This document shows, in pieces, positions 24,337 to 38,007 of a DNA stretch of 64,000 nt. The notes under the pieces are model-generated. The model was not told where the DNA came from. It worked only from the letters and a program-made list of their open reading frames with translations, and did no database searches. Positions within the stretch are counted from its first letter, which is position 1. Each line of letters opens with the position of its first letter. The DNA lies in NCBI RefSeq assembly GCF_023055435.1, contig NW_025963868.1:2914001-2978000 (forward strand). The letters are read 5' to 3'. The stretch is from Haliotis rufescens. Taxonomy: Eukaryota. The position numbers and the translations under genes are program-made.

Positions 24337-25488
24337 CCTAGAGCTTGTAGTACAAAGAAATATCAAGCAGAATTTCATTCAGATCTGAAAACTATTTTTA
24401 GTAAAATCCTGTGACAGTTGTGAGTAGTCTCTGATAGCCTCATCAATTTCTTCATCTACGTCAATCTTAGTTAATAAATATCTGAAACCTGCTTTAAGTT
24501 TACTTGTTTGTTTGTTTGTTTGTTTGTTGTATAACGCCGCACTCAGCAATATTCCAGCTACGTGACGTCGTTCTGTAAATAATCAAGTCTGGACCAGACA
24601 ATCCAGTGATTGATATCATGAGCATAGTAATAGTAATTTATATAGTATTCATATGCTGTCACAATATTGTATCTGGTAGTTTGACCTTTGACATGTCACA
24701 TGACAGCCCCATCCAACATCCTCTCCGACTTGACACTGAGTAATTGACATCAAGTTCACATCCAGGTCACAGCACATTCTAATCTACATCACAAATATAT
24801 TACACCATATTTAAACGCCAACTTGTCTTGTAATTCACTTTTTTCCAACTGCAAATAATTTTGTCACATGCTGACGATGACCTCTCGGGTAATGCCTGTA
24901 TGTGCATAGCAACTGGTAGACAAGGTTTTGTTACGTCTCTACCTGCATAGCAACACTGCACAAGGCCTCGTTACACCTGTATGTGCATCGCAACACCATA
25001 CAAGGCCCAGTTACACCAGTTCTAGGTGCATGGAGTCCAGCAGACCTTAATTCATCTGGGTGTAAACACACCAGACATGACATAGTCGGGGAAAATTACC
25101 CAAAAAGCCTGTTGAAACCTCAGTTCAACTAATGCTCATAAATAGTGTTGAACATGTTGTCTGACTGGGAAACTCTCACCCTCAAATTCCATAAATGTAC
25201 TCATTTCCTTTTACATATTACATTTCAAAATATTTTTACAAAACTTGAGTGCATGGAAACGATTCAGCCAGTCCACAGCTTGTCTTTTCCATTTGACATT
25301 TCGTGAATAATATATGGCGCATCTCCGAACTGAAGGCAGCATCACTCAAGGTTTGAATGACGGACTGACTGAAGCGTCCGTGTGTCTGTCAGTAAAATCT
25401 CTGTGTGGATGCAGCACCAAGGCTCTCTTACTGGGTGATCGCTGATTGTCAGGTCTTGACCGACTGTCACAATTTCTTAGGTTGATTA

Positions 25489-25650
25489 GTGAGTGAGTAT
25501 GGTTTTACGCAGCTTTTAGCAATATTCCAGCAATATCACGGCAGAGGACACCAGAAATGGGCTTCATACATTGTACCCATGTTGGGACTCGAACCCGGGT
25601 CTTTGGCGTGACGAGCGAACGCTTTAACCACTAGGCTACCCGATCACCCC
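25489..25650 (-). mobile_element. SINE family A
   Basis: TSD cttagg[t/c]tgattag. Confidence 0.9.
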
Positions 25651-25683
25651 TTAGGCTGATTAGAAGTAGCAAGGTAACAAAGA

Positions 25684-26153
25684 TCAGGTTAGAAATTGGC
25701 ACTAGTCCTGTAGTCCTTGCCAAACTGCCCACCAGTTCACGTATCATAAGGACTGGTAGAAATTGGCCCTTCTTTAAGGAATTTGCTATATGTTATCATT
25801 ATAAGGTGAGGTGAAATTGGGTTTAACGTCGCGTCCAAGATTATTGCACTTATATAGCGACGTGCATGCACGTGTATGTGTGTGTGTGGCTGCTTGTACT
25901 AGTCCGGACTGATGCCGATTTATAGTGCTAGCTCACTGAGATACCATGCCGCAGTTTAACATGAATACCCCACTCAGACACAGTATACTGACTCCGAGCC
26001 GACCAGTCCTTGTTTTAGCCCCTTAATGCCGAGCGCCAGACAGGGTAACAACAAGTACAATCTTTTAACGTCTTTTTGTATGACGCGGCCCGGGATCGAA
26101 CCCTGGACCTTCCGCTCTCCGGGCGGACGCTCTACCACAAGACCACGGAGGAG
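25684..26153. mobile_element. Family F MITE (25684-25804, +) interrupted by SINE family C (25805-26153, -)
   Basis: The F body stops at ttataag, which recurs after the SINE. Confidence 0.82.
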
Positions 26154-26564
26154 GAGTTATAAGAACTGACTACAAGATATCTTGAATAGGAAAGGCATAT
26201 AAACATTTTATCAAATGGGTCCAAATGGAAAAAGTAGTTGATTAAGGTGTTGTAGGTGCATTGCATGCAGTAGAAGATTTCACCCAACACAGAGACATCA
26301 TTATAAGGGCTAGGGGGATACAATTGTCAGTTTCTCTTGCTGAAGATCTCCCCAATGAGAGTACAGTGGCCAGTCACAATACTTCATCAGTAGGACTGAC
26401 GTTCATTGACAGTATTTCATCCCTGGTGATTTTTGTGATCCACTTACAACACTATGGCCAAATGAGTTCGGTTTCTACTGTAGGAGCCAGACTGTTGATC
26501 CTATTTCTACCAGATGGTAGACCCAAGCCCTTGACTATCTTCTAAGACATCTTCTAAGACATAA

Positions 26565-26809
26565 GACCCGTGAAGATTCCGGGGTAGAATAGGTCTTCAG
26601 CAACCCATACTTGCCGTAAAAGGCGACCATGCTTGTCGTAAAAGGCAACTAACGGGATCGGGTGGTCAGGCTCGCTGACTTGGTTGATCGATGCTCATGA
26701 TATTAATCACTGGTTTGTCTGGTCCAGACTCGATTATTTACAGACCGCCGTCATATAGCTGGAATATTGCTGAGTGCGGCGTTAAACAACAAATCAACGA
26801 ACCAACCAA
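26565..26809 (+). mobile_element. SINE family B, full length
   Basis: Exact TSD tctaagacataa. Starts gacccgtgaag. Confidence 0.92.
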
Positions 26810-27609
26810 TCTAAGACATAACCTACTGGTCAACATCCAGTATATACAGAGACACAGAAACATGCAACTATTAGATAATCAGATTTTGATTCCGGTAAAT
26901 AGAAGAATGGGCTCGTGACCCTGTGTAGAGTACCATCTAAACAGGGACTGGAGAACTCATTGAGGTGATGGTCGTAGATACTTCTAATACAGTGGGCAAC
27001 TAATCCAGGTTATGCACCATCTCGGTTGCAGCGTTCTGTATTGTCCTACCGACTTCACCATGTGCCTTTTCCTGCCTAAGTGGAGCAAACGGTTCTACAC
27101 ATACCTGATGCATTAACCAGCGCATCACTGATGACTTTACTTAACCAGCAAGCATTTACCCTGCAAATCCTTAGAATCCTTCACATCACCTTGACTTATA
27201 TATGGTTTGAGCTACATTTTCCTAGTTCAACACTTTTTCATTTCTCATCAACCAACAACTTCACCCCTACAAAACAAGCCTTGATTAGTCCTTTTCCTAC
27301 AAAACAAGCCTTGATTAGTCCTTTTCCTACAAAACAAGCCACAGATGCTTTCCCTCAAAGTATCCACCCCTCAAAGTATCTACGTCCATCCTACCCATCA
27401 TCTCTGCTGTCATTCCCCCTGTATGTGCCCCACTCCTCAATCCCTCCACCCAGCCAACAACCCCCTCCCTGTTCCGTCACAACTGGTACCCTTGAACACC
27501 TACCCCCAATCACCACCATAAACTCCCCCCATCTCCCTCAAATTCCTACCCTCCTGGTAAACACCCTACCTGTTGTAAATTATGTCAGCCAACCCAAACC
27601 CTAGATCTC

Positions 27610-28330
27610 TCTCATCCCACCCCACACACTATCTCCTGCTCCCTCTCCCCTCCCTACACACCCTCATCTCCTGGTCTCTCTCCCCTCCCTACACACCCTC
27701 ATCTCCTGGTCTCTCTCCCTCCCCCACACACCCTCATCTCTTGGTCCCTCTCCCAACCCTCCCCCACACACCCTCATCTCCTGGTCTCTCTCCCTCCCCC
27801 ACACACCCTAATCTCCTGGTCCCTCTCCCAACCCTCCCCCACACACCCTCATCTCCTGGTCCCTCTCCCAACCCTCCCCCACACACCCTCATCTCTTGGT
27901 CTCTCTCCCTCCCCCACACACCCTCATCTCCTGGTCTCTCTCCCAACCCTCCCCCACACACCCTCATCTCCTGGTCTCTCTCCCTCCCCCACAAACCCTC
28001 ATCTCCTGGTCTCTCTCCCAACCCTCCCCCACACACCCTCATCTCCTGGTCTCTCTCCCAACCCTCCCCCACACACCCTCATCTGCTGGTCCCTCTCCCT
28101 CCCCCACAAACCCTCATTTTCTGGTCCCTCTCCCCACTCTACCCCACACCCCCTCATCTCCTGGTCCCTCTCCCCTCCCTCCCCCACACACCTTCATCTT
28201 CTAGTCTCTCTCCCCTCCCTCCCCCACACAATTTCATCTTCTGGTCTCTCTCCCCACCCTCCCCCACACACCCTCATCTCCTGGTCCCTCTCCCCACCCC
28301 ACCCCACCGACCTTCATCGTCTGGTTACTC
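27610..28330. repeat. C-rich 36-40 bp minisatellite (cacaccctcatctcctggtctctctccc[aacc]ctccccca)
   Basis: About 18 variable units with strong strand asymmetry. Confidence 0.9.
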
Positions 28331-29666
28331 CCCACCCAACTCTATATACTCTTCCTCCTACACAACCAGTCCCCTGGAATACCCCACCTTAAATCTTCTC
28401 ATCCCATCCTCAATATCTGTGCAACCAGTTCCACCCCCCCCCCCCCCCATAAATACCCCCATCCCCAATCTCACCCCCAACCCTCCTTCTTCCTCTACTC
28501 AACCAGCCTCCTCTCACATGTTTCCAGCATCAGTTATGCAACCCTCATGAAAGGCAATCCAGTCTGTGATGTTAACCCTTGAGAGGCTGACTCAAGTAAT
28601 AGTCTCTTCATATCTCACCATCTAGCAATGGCATAACGCTATTATACCCAACCTGCTACATAATCCTTTTGAAGTAGAACCCTTGAGAATAATATCATCA
28701 AATGTGCTACTGTTTCATCACACATGGAAACAGTTAATTCCACAACCTAAACGCAATGTCCTGATGTCTCACACACAAGGTCTGCTGTGTCTTGGGCAGC
28801 TGCTTCACGAACTCATGCAATGACATTCTCAGGAACCAAAATGTCAAATATCTGTACCCTCCAACAAATGCAGGGATGTCAGGGGACCCTAGCTTCTTGT
28901 TATCACATCCAAAGGAACCCCATTGTTCATGGTCTCACAGAACGAAATACAGTTTAATCCAACATGCAGATTTAATTGTGTCAAAACTATAGTGATATCG
29001 TGAAGAAGCTGTGAATATTTTGGCTCTGACATCTATAGAATTAGATCACAGCCAAAATATGTCGCGTGCTGGGTCTCTTATATTTAACATACAGTTCCGG
29101 GTGGTGGCAGACTGAGTTAAGTATGCAGCATTAGGAGCAGCTTATATAGTTGAGAGCACTGCTAAATCCTGAATGTTGATTTGCACACTTATGGGACAAG
29201 AAATGGATGACAAAGCAGTAACAGGGCTGGACAGACCTGTACTGGTAGAAACAGACTGTCACTTGATTTGTCCAGGGGTCAAAAGTCTGCACTGCAAGTA
29301 GTGTTGGAAATTGGCCTAGGGTCCATGTCAAATTAACCCTTTGTTAAAACAAGCGTGTCAAATAACTACATAAAAAACATCAGCATGCCCTGTTATTTTT
29401 AACAAAGAAACATCCCACCAATAATTGCTATTGAAGAGGTCAATATGCAGCCTTGGCCTGGTCAGACAAACTCAATGGTCGGTTCAGAGAGTCCTTGTTT
29501 CTACATATTGACTCGTCAAGAGTACTAATTAGTATTGTCTTAACAAACTTCACTTTAAAGTTCATGAAGCCTCTAAACTGTTCTCTATTTTGTTATGGTT
29601 ACCTGCAAACTGTGAAATGGTACTATCAGACGACATCATGTTTTCCAGCAGGTGAGAGTTAATATT

Positions 29667-30378
29667 CACCAGAGTCACACATTCCTACAGTGTCACCATA
29701 GTCACACATTCCTACAGTGTCACCAGTCACACATCATTCCTACAGTGTCACCAGAGTCACACAATTCTACAGTGTCACCATAGTCACACATTCCTACAGT
29801 GTCACCAGTCACACATCATTCCTACAGTGTCACCAGAGTCACACATTCCTACAGTGTCACCAGAGTCACACATTCCTACAGTGTCACCAGAGTCACACAT
29901 TCCTACAGTGTCACCAGAGTCACACATTCCTACAGTGTCACCAATCTCACACATTCCTACAGTGTCACCAATCTCACAACATTCCTACAGTGCCACCAAT
30001 CTTACAACATTCCTACAATGTTACCAAGGTAACACAGCATTCCTACAGTGCCATCAGTCACACAACATTCCTACAGTGTCACCAGTCACACAACATTCCT
30101 ACAGTGCCACCAGTCACACAACATTCCTACAGTGTCACCAGAGTCACACATTCCTACAGTGTCACCAATCTCACAACATTCCTACAGTGCCACCAGTCAC
30201 ACAACATTCCTACAGTGCCACCAGTCACACAACATTCCTACAGTGCCACCAGAGTCACACATTCCTACAGTGTCACCAATCTCACAACATTCCTACAGTG
30301 CCACCAGAGTCACACAACATTCCTACAATGTTACCAAGGTAACACAACCTTCCTACAGTGCCACCAAAGTCACACAGC
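29667..30378. repeat. ~27-29 bp minisatellite (cattcctacagtgtcaccagagtcaca and variants)
   Basis: Seen directly in the sequence. Confidence 0.92.
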
Positions 30379-30751
30379 ATGTCAACCAAATTTCAAGTAA
30401 TGAGTTGTTGACTATACAAATAGAAGCGACAAAAACCCTTTCATAATCATAAGAAATATCTGCTGAAACCAGAGTCCATTGTACAATTCCGACTGTAATA
30501 TGAGCATGTGTTAATGATTCCCCATCAGACAGTGATGACACCAGGTGTTCGTTCACAAAATGAAACAATCATGCCCAGATGTGTTTCCCTGTTGTTGACA
30601 GCAACGTCTTGTCCCTGACAATGGCTATGGTGAGAGCCAGATTCATACACCAGACATTGCTTACAGACTGACTGCGTTAAATTTTACACATTTGTTCCTA
30701 AACAAAAGCAACAAAACCAGCTCCAGAAAGTTAAGAATGATATTATATATA

Positions 30752-31017
30752 GACCTGTGAAGATCCGGGGTAGAATAGGTCTTCAGCAACCCATGCTTGC
30801 CATAAAAGGTAACTATGCTTGTCATAAGAGGCGACTAACAGGATTGGGTGGTCAGGCTTGCTGACTTGGTCATCATATCCCAATTATGTGGATCGATGCT
30901 CATGATGTCAATCACTGGATTGTCTGGTCCAGACTCTATTATTTACAGACCGCCGTCATATAGCTGGAATATTGCTGAGTGCAGCGTTAAACAACAAACC
31001 AACCAACCAACCAACAA
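30752..31017 (+). mobile_element. SINE family B, full length
   Basis: Matches the consensus, with an (aacc)n tail. Confidence 0.88.
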
Positions 31018-31271
31018 CTATATCTGATATGGACAGCCTAACAACAATTGTACCAAAAATGTTTGAATCTACTGGACAGAATCTAACCTTCCCCCTTTTT
31101 ATTCAAAGATTTACTCATCACACATTAGAACATATCTTTTATAACCTTCCTAGACAGAATCTATACTAGATCAGGTTTCTGTGCAGAGGCCTCGGTAGTG
31201 AGGCAGCTACTCTGACCCCCCAAATCACCATTACAGTCAGTTCAGAAGACAAACATCCCTGAATGAGTGTT

Positions 31272-31430
31272 TGAGTGAGTATGGTTTTACGCCGCTTTTA
31301 GCCATATTCCAGCAATATAACAACGGGGGACACCAGAAATGGGCTTCACACATTGTACCCATGTCTGGAATCGAACCCGGGTCTTCAGCGTGACGAACAA
31401 ACGTTTTAACCACTAGGCTACCCGACCGCC
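31272..31430 (-). mobile_element. SINE family A
   Basis: Flanking direct repeat tccctgaatgag. Confidence 0.88.
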
Positions 31431-31788
31431 TCTCCCTGAATGAGAGAGGAAGACAATGACAATCATATCACAAATGGGGCCACCAGCTAACAATCTCCTA
31501 AAACATATAACATATAATTCATTTCCTGAAGAATTGGTTTGTTATTTATTTTCTGAAGGAAATAGAAAGTGAAGAGTACTGATGAGCACTGCTATTCATT
31601 GTTACCCAAGCAGGCATCTACCGCCAGACACTTGACCTTCACTTCCTGTTAGAGTGAGCGTATCCTGGGTTAAGTCAACAAGCACACACTCTACTTCCGG
31701 GGTGGCTGATCCTGCGTAATAACTCCAGCATAGAACACTCTCCACACATTACAAAACTAGCATGTGGTCTCTGAAATTAACATATCTA

Positions 31789-31944
31789 GAGTGAGTGAGT
31801 GAGTGAGTATGGTTTTATGCCGCTTTTAGCAATATTCCAGCAATATCACGGTTGGGGGACACCGGAACATGGGCTTCACACATTGTACCCATGTAGGGAA
31901 TCGAACCCGGGTCTTCAGCGTGACGAGCGAACACTTTAACCACC
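31789..31944 (-). mobile_element. SINE family A
   Basis: Matches the consensus, 5'-truncated. Confidence 0.85.
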
Positions 31945-32270
31945 AGACTTCTGACAAATAACCTCAAGCACAGACACCATTCAATCACTCACTATCCACC
32001 TTGTGGGAGGGTTCCAGGTTACATAACACCCCTGCAGGTCAAGTCTTGGTTAAGTACATGTCGGCGTGCCCTGATGGCACAGCATGTATCTCATTATATC
32101 AATCACTGGATTGTCTGGTCCAGAAATACAGGCCACTGTCACTTAGCTGGAATTTAACTGAGTGCATTACAAGCATTATCACTAACCCTGACATTCATTG
32201 CATATTTCATACAGTTTATAGGTCTCCCTGTATTTCCTCAACGGCTTCTCATACTACCTCTTCATGCACA

Positions 32271-32493
32271 TCACTGTGCAGAGTTGCGTCCCTTGGGCAT
32301 GCCAAAAACCTATGATTGTGGGTTCGAATCCCAGTTCTCCCTGATAACGTTTCTAGGTTTGTCAGCAGCACCGAAGTGGTAAACGTCTGAGACCTGCATC
32401 ACTTCGGGCTTTCCTCCCACATTAAGCTGACACGCCGCGATATAACTGTAATACTGTTAAAAGCGGCGTAAACCCAACCCACTCACTCACTCA
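32271..32493 (+). mobile_element. SINE family D, 5'-truncated
   Basis: TSD ctcttcatgcaca. Confidence 0.88.
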
Positions 32494-32787
32494 CACACTC
32501 TTCATGCACAACCTGCTCAAAACTACCCTCAGAACTGTGCCATTGATGCAAGGAGATGGCTCACACAAATAACAGAATTACTGTATATATATAATGTATG
32601 CTTCGGAATTCCTAACTTCCAATGTACTTTTAAAATTCTTTCAATAAATTATCAAGTATTGTAAAAGAAAGATTATTCCCTTAACGTTGACTTTTATAAA
32701 TGTCCTCGGCAATGTCCACAGTCATAGGTTTATGAGAGATGTAAATGGCAAGATATTCTATTCTAATGTGTCACACAACTCCTTACG

Positions 32788-32942
32788 ATCGGGTAGCCTT
32801 GTGGTTAAAGTGTTTGCTCATCATTCCGAAGCCCCGGGTTCGATTCCCCACATAGGAACAAAGTGTGAAGCCCATTTCTGGTGTCCAATGCCATGATATT
32901 GCTGGAATATTGCTAAAAGCAGCGTATAACCATCCTCACTCA
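32788..32942 (+). mobile_element. SINE family A
   Basis: Matches the consensus. Confidence 0.85.
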
Positions 32943-33976
32943 CACCTCACGATCAGTACTCAACATATCTGGACTTACTAGAAAGCAAATTTTATCACTT
33001 GACTGTTTCATGTTACACTCAAAAAGCAATCTAGTCAAAAGAATCGGGATTATTCATACACCCTTATCATCACTAGTTTTGGATCTACAAGAAACATTCA
33101 CCGTCTGAGATTACATTATTGTTCAACAACTGTAAAGCAATAGACAGTGTTTGATGTTACGGTTAATACGGCTATGTATAGCCCAGCTGGTGAATAATTA
33201 ACTCCTACTCCATGTTATGGCACCTGGGGAGGTGTTTGGTCAGCTATTGATCCAGTGTGTACCCCATCCCTCCATGTCATCTTTTCCCTCAAGCCTACTA
33301 CACACTATGATGGTATCGGTGATGCTGAACATGTGCTCCCAGCTCAACAAAAGGTCTGAGAGTGAGCCTGGGTCGGCTATATGTCACAGTGTCACCCAGC
33401 AAGACACTGCTGACAATGACTGTACCGCACATCCTGACAATCCCACAGTGTGAAAGTAGCATGAAACACAATCACACAAGCCCATAACAATCAATAAATA
33501 ATGAAGTAAATGGATCAAGCTGACTTGGGAACGTATTACCACTATTACAGCATTACAATGCATGCTGCAGCACCTCGGCTCATCCCGGTGAATATGACTC
33601 GTATTGCCACTATTACAGCATGGCAATGCTCGGCTCTACACATGGTGAATATCACTGAAACTACACAGCCATAAATTCAATCCCTTAACACTCCCATCCT
33701 ACCTCTTCATACTGATGCCAGTCCGCTCCAACGTATGTCCACAAGTTTACATCCACAGTCAGTCATTATGGGTTCTCAGGGAGGAGAAAACAAAGAAGCA
33801 GCTCGGAGCAGGGTGTACGTATCCTCCTCTCTCCCTCCTCTGTGTGTCTACTAACTAGGCCACAACACATGCTCTGCCTCTCCAACCTGACCCCATGACC
33901 CTGATGTAATCGGCAATGGCTAATGAAGTAATTGGAAATAAATCTTCCGGAAATTACAGATGATAAATTCCTTCAC

Positions 33977-34101
33977 TTGTAGAAGAGGGGAGTTTCAAGC
34001 ATCAGGGAGAGTTCCTCGTTATACGACAGCGTGTTCAATATAGCCTGGCAGCGTTTCAGTATTCCACTGCTTCCTACAGCAGCAGCGGCAGCAGCAGCCA
34101 T
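33977..34101 (-). CDS. Candidate alternative first exon (MAAAAAAAVGSSGILKRCQAILNTLSYNEELSLMLETPLFY-K)
   Basis: ATGG start and poly-Ala N-terminus. 125 nt ending AA|GTGAAG (phase 2, fits the 22008 acceptor), but the donor is weak. Confidence 0.35.
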
Positions 34102-34768
34102 GTGAATTACACACCTCCCTGAGCCAGTCACAGATCCCTCCCTGGGGGACAATAGCAAGACACTCCTGCACTGACAGTCAAGAGTGTTTGCTTGTTCTTC
34201 AAAACCAATAAAAACAAAATAATCCAGCAATATTAAAGCATCTGTAATGGAAATGGGTCTTTAAACGATTCAAGTTACACGCAAAATTCAATTGTCTTCA
34301 TCAAGGAAACAATTAGGTTGGCAGTAAATCACTTTCATAGACCCGGCAATTCAAAAAACACAAATTGTTATAGTGTTAATCCACAAAATGTTTCAGAGGG
34401 TATTCAGGAAGTACATCACACCGTTCCCAAATCTCGAAAATCAGAATACTCCATGAGCTGTTGCTCAAAAGCTAGGACAGAACTCCCAATCCACTCATCA
34501 AGGAAACAATCGTGACCTGAGTGTTTAATATCAGTACTCCACAGTGAATATGAAAGTATATCTCCACCTCCTGCACGTCCCTTCCTCCTCTGTCTGTCAA
34601 TACATCCTGACTGGGGGATAACACGCTTGCTTTAATGTACAGTTACAGGAGGCACTCCTCGCTACTGCTAAAGAAAATTAGGCTGGCAATGAGAGCCTGT
34701 TTTGAGGGAATGCCTGCTCCCATCTGGTGGAGTTTCCCAGTCTGCTGACATCACTGCTGTTATACCAT

Positions 34769-35142
34769 TAGACTTGCACAAGTCTCTAAGGCAATAATTA
34801 TAAGAACAAGATGTCCCTATAAGAGACTGAAGTCCTTAGAATGTACTGTCCACATATCTAGACTTTCCTATTAGGATAGACTTACTACACATCAATGGAC
34901 TTATCTTTCAGTTTCCCAGTCTGCTGACATCACTGCTGTTATACCATTAGCCTTGCACATGTCTCAAAGGCAATAATTGTAAGTTTGAATTATAATTTCT
35001 AGATTCCGCAAATAATAACAAGATGTCCCTATAAGAGGCAGAAGTCCTTAGAATGTACAGTCCACATATCTAGACTTGCCTATTAGGATAGAATTACTAC
35101 ACATCCATGTGTATCTTACAGTACAGCCTTGGAGCAAGGCTG
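34769..35142 (+). mobile_element. Family E element with a 179-bp tandem duplication (34769-34911 partial; 34948-35142 full)
   Basis: 9-bp TSD ttataccat. The flank agtttcccagtctgctgacatcactgctg is duplicated together with the element. Confidence 0.85.
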
Positions 35143-36317
35143 TTATACCATGTGTGGGGGATATGGATAGCATCCCGTTATGTAACACTGGCTGATTCCC
35201 ACATCTCATCTAACAAGACAAAGCTGTAAAGCAAGCTCTGGGGCAGAGGGAAGAATTGAAATTTGTTTATTGTTGTCCAAGTGTCCCAGAATGCCTTATA
35301 CCACGTGTGAGATATGGGGAACGCTTCTTGTTATGTAACGCTGCTGCCAATGTTCAACATCTCAACTTTCATTGTAGACAAAGCTTCAGGGCAGATTGAG
35401 GCAGGTTTGAAAAAGGTTAGTTTATGACAGTCACATAATGTCCTGGGGGGCATATGGTGGTAATGCATCCTTATTTCCATGCATGCAGCCAATCAAAACA
35501 TGGCAAATATTACATTTGAAAATCTCTTGTCCAATAAAAATTGAATTAACAGATATTAAAACTGTTGGTTTAACTGACAGAATGGAAGTGGTAGAAATAG
35601 ATTGTAGATCAAATACACATATATGTTTTGGAGTAGTAGAAGTAATTGTCAAGAATTATTAATCTCTGAATCCCCACCATCTAATTCTAACTATATTAGG
35701 CTAAAAAAAATAATAGTCTTTGTTCTCAGGCACTGGCCACATCATCATAAAGTCTGCTGCTCGTTTTGTTTTATTTTCCATTTTCAAAAAAATATAAAAA
35801 TCCTAATACTTAAACACAATGCACAAAATAAATGGAAAATGGAAACAAAATGAAATGTGCAATGAACTTCATGATGATGTGGGCAGTGGCTGAGAACCAA
35901 GACTATTATTTATTTTAGCCTCAGACATATTTCTTCCTACCAGACACATGTTTATAGAATATTGTCACTGTTTCTGCATGGGACACTTGCACAACATATC
36001 TCCTTCCTTCTATCACACAAGTCAGTGCCAGCACACCCTGTCAGCCTCTGACACATGGCCAACCAGGAATGTAGAGGAACAAAGTAGATGGATGCCTCCA
36101 GATTGTATGTATGTATACTCTGATATACACAAGCAGGCCATCAAGGGGACCATTCATCAGGTCTGGTGGCCAGACTTGCCAGTCCTGGTCCTCAGTGAGC
36201 CAGGCAGAAGCCAAACTCAGTAGACTGCAGGTGGACCAGTCCTTGTGCAACATATCTGGAAGATAGGGACAACATTGCTGGGTACAGACGACTTTCTTTC
36301 TGTAGCAGCCAGACGTA

Positions 36318-36971
36318 CGCCATTAGGCAGGGGTAGATGCCATTAGGCAGGGGTGGACGGCATTAGGCAGGAGTAGACGCCATTAGGCAGGGGTAGATGC
36401 CATTAGGCAGGGGTAGACGCCATTAGGCAGGGCTAGACGGCATTAGGCAGGGGAAGAAGGCATTAGGCAGGGGTAGACGCCATTAGGCAGGGGTAGACGG
36501 CATTAGGCAGGGGTAGACGGCATTAGGCAGGGGTAAACGCCATAAGGCAGGGTAGATGCCATAAGGCAGGGGTAGATGCCATTAGGCAGGGGTAGACGGC
36601 ATTAGGCAGGGGTAGATGCCATTAGGCAGGGCTAGACGGCATTAGGCAGGGGTAGACGCCATAAGGCAGGGGTAGACGCCATTAGGCAGGGCTAGACGCC
36701 ATTAGGCAGGGGTAGACGCCATTAGGCAGGGGTAGATGTCATTAGGCAGGGGTAGATGCCATTAGGCAGGGGTAGACGCCATTAGGCAGGAGTAGATGCC
36801 ATTAGGCAGGGGTAGATGCCATTAGGCAGGGTAGATGCCATTAGGCAGGGTAGATGCTATTAGGCAGGGGTAGATGCCATTAGGCAGGAGTAGACGCCAT
36901 TAGGCAGGGTAGATGCCATTAGGCAGGGAAGATGCCATTAGGCAGGGGTTGACGCCATTAGGCAGGGGTAG
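36318..36971. repeat. 20-bp minisatellite (gccattaggcaggggtaga[c/t]), ~33 copies
   Basis: Seen directly in the sequence. Confidence 0.95.
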
Positions 36972-37091
36972 GACCCACTGGACAAGCATCAGAAGCTTCA
37001 GAGACATATACTGGGATGGCAGACAGTCCAGCTAGCCTGGACACTCATCAGAGGCTTAAGAGACATATACCAGGATGGCCCAGCCAGTCTG

Positions 37092-37258
37092 GCTGGCTGG
37101 TTGGTTGGTTGGTTTATTGTTTAACACCGCACTCAGCAATATTCCAGCTATATGATGGCGATCTGTAAATAATCAAGTCTGGACCAGACAATCCAGTGAT
37201 TAATATCATAAGCATCAATCCACGCAATTGGGATCGATGACATGCATCATCCAAGTCA
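37092..37258 (-). mobile_element. SINE family B, 5'-truncated, inserted into a ~59-bp tandem repeat (36977-37316)
   Basis: TSD ccagccagtctgg. Confidence 0.82.
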
Positions 37259-38007
37259 CCAGCCAGTCTGGACACTCATCAGAAGCTTCAGAGACATATA
37301 CTGGGATGGCAGACAGGGTAAGTAAGGATGGCATCATCAGGAGCAGGGTGAGGAGACAGGCTCAGCCAGAAATCTGGAGCTCCATTAAATATGAAATCAC
37401 ATAATGCAGACCAGATGGTGTAAGGATGGGTTCAAGATGAGAACGAGGTCTTGTGGGGCAGTAAAAATGAATGGGGAGGGGGGCCAGGGGGTGAGACCCA
37501 CCTCTGCTAGGCATCACTCCCCCTTCCAAAAGAATTCAAGGTTTTGAACATACAAATTACAGTTAGACATAAGTGGGGCGGAGAGTTACTCCAGACAACT
37601 TCCTTGACTCGGCTGGGCCATGCACTGTGAGACACACATATCCTGAAAAGGTCTGCTACAATTACTGACAGAACTGATCCATCAGTAGCCAGGCTGGACA
37701 TTGCTGTGTGAGACACACATATCCCGAGACAGGTCGATCCTGATGACAGAACCCATCTATTACCATGCTAGACTGTAGAAGTGTACCAGGTGATGGGCCG
37801 TTACTACTGCTGCCATGCTGCCATGCTGCCATGCTGCATAGAGGATGAATGTAGGCTGCCGGAGCCAGAAGGGGGTGAGAATGGAATGGCGGTGATTGTT
37901 TTATTAAATATATGCTGAGGGGTCTGGGGGAGAGGCTGCTTGCATCCACCATGTGTGCAGTGACACCCTGGATGAGGTGATCATGCCAAGCAGAGCAGCA
38001 GTTTCCC

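Noticed and set aside
27080-28550. Pro/Ser-rich extensin-like ORFs
   Set aside because: They are translations of C-rich low-complexity and minisatellite DNA.
29717-30446. His/Ser/Thr-rich ORFs
   Set aside because: They are minisatellite translations in several frames.
30752-30845. Apparent compensatory change in the family B head (gacctgt/acagg)
   Set aside because: Both changes are what CpG decay would produce, so this is not evidence for base pairing.
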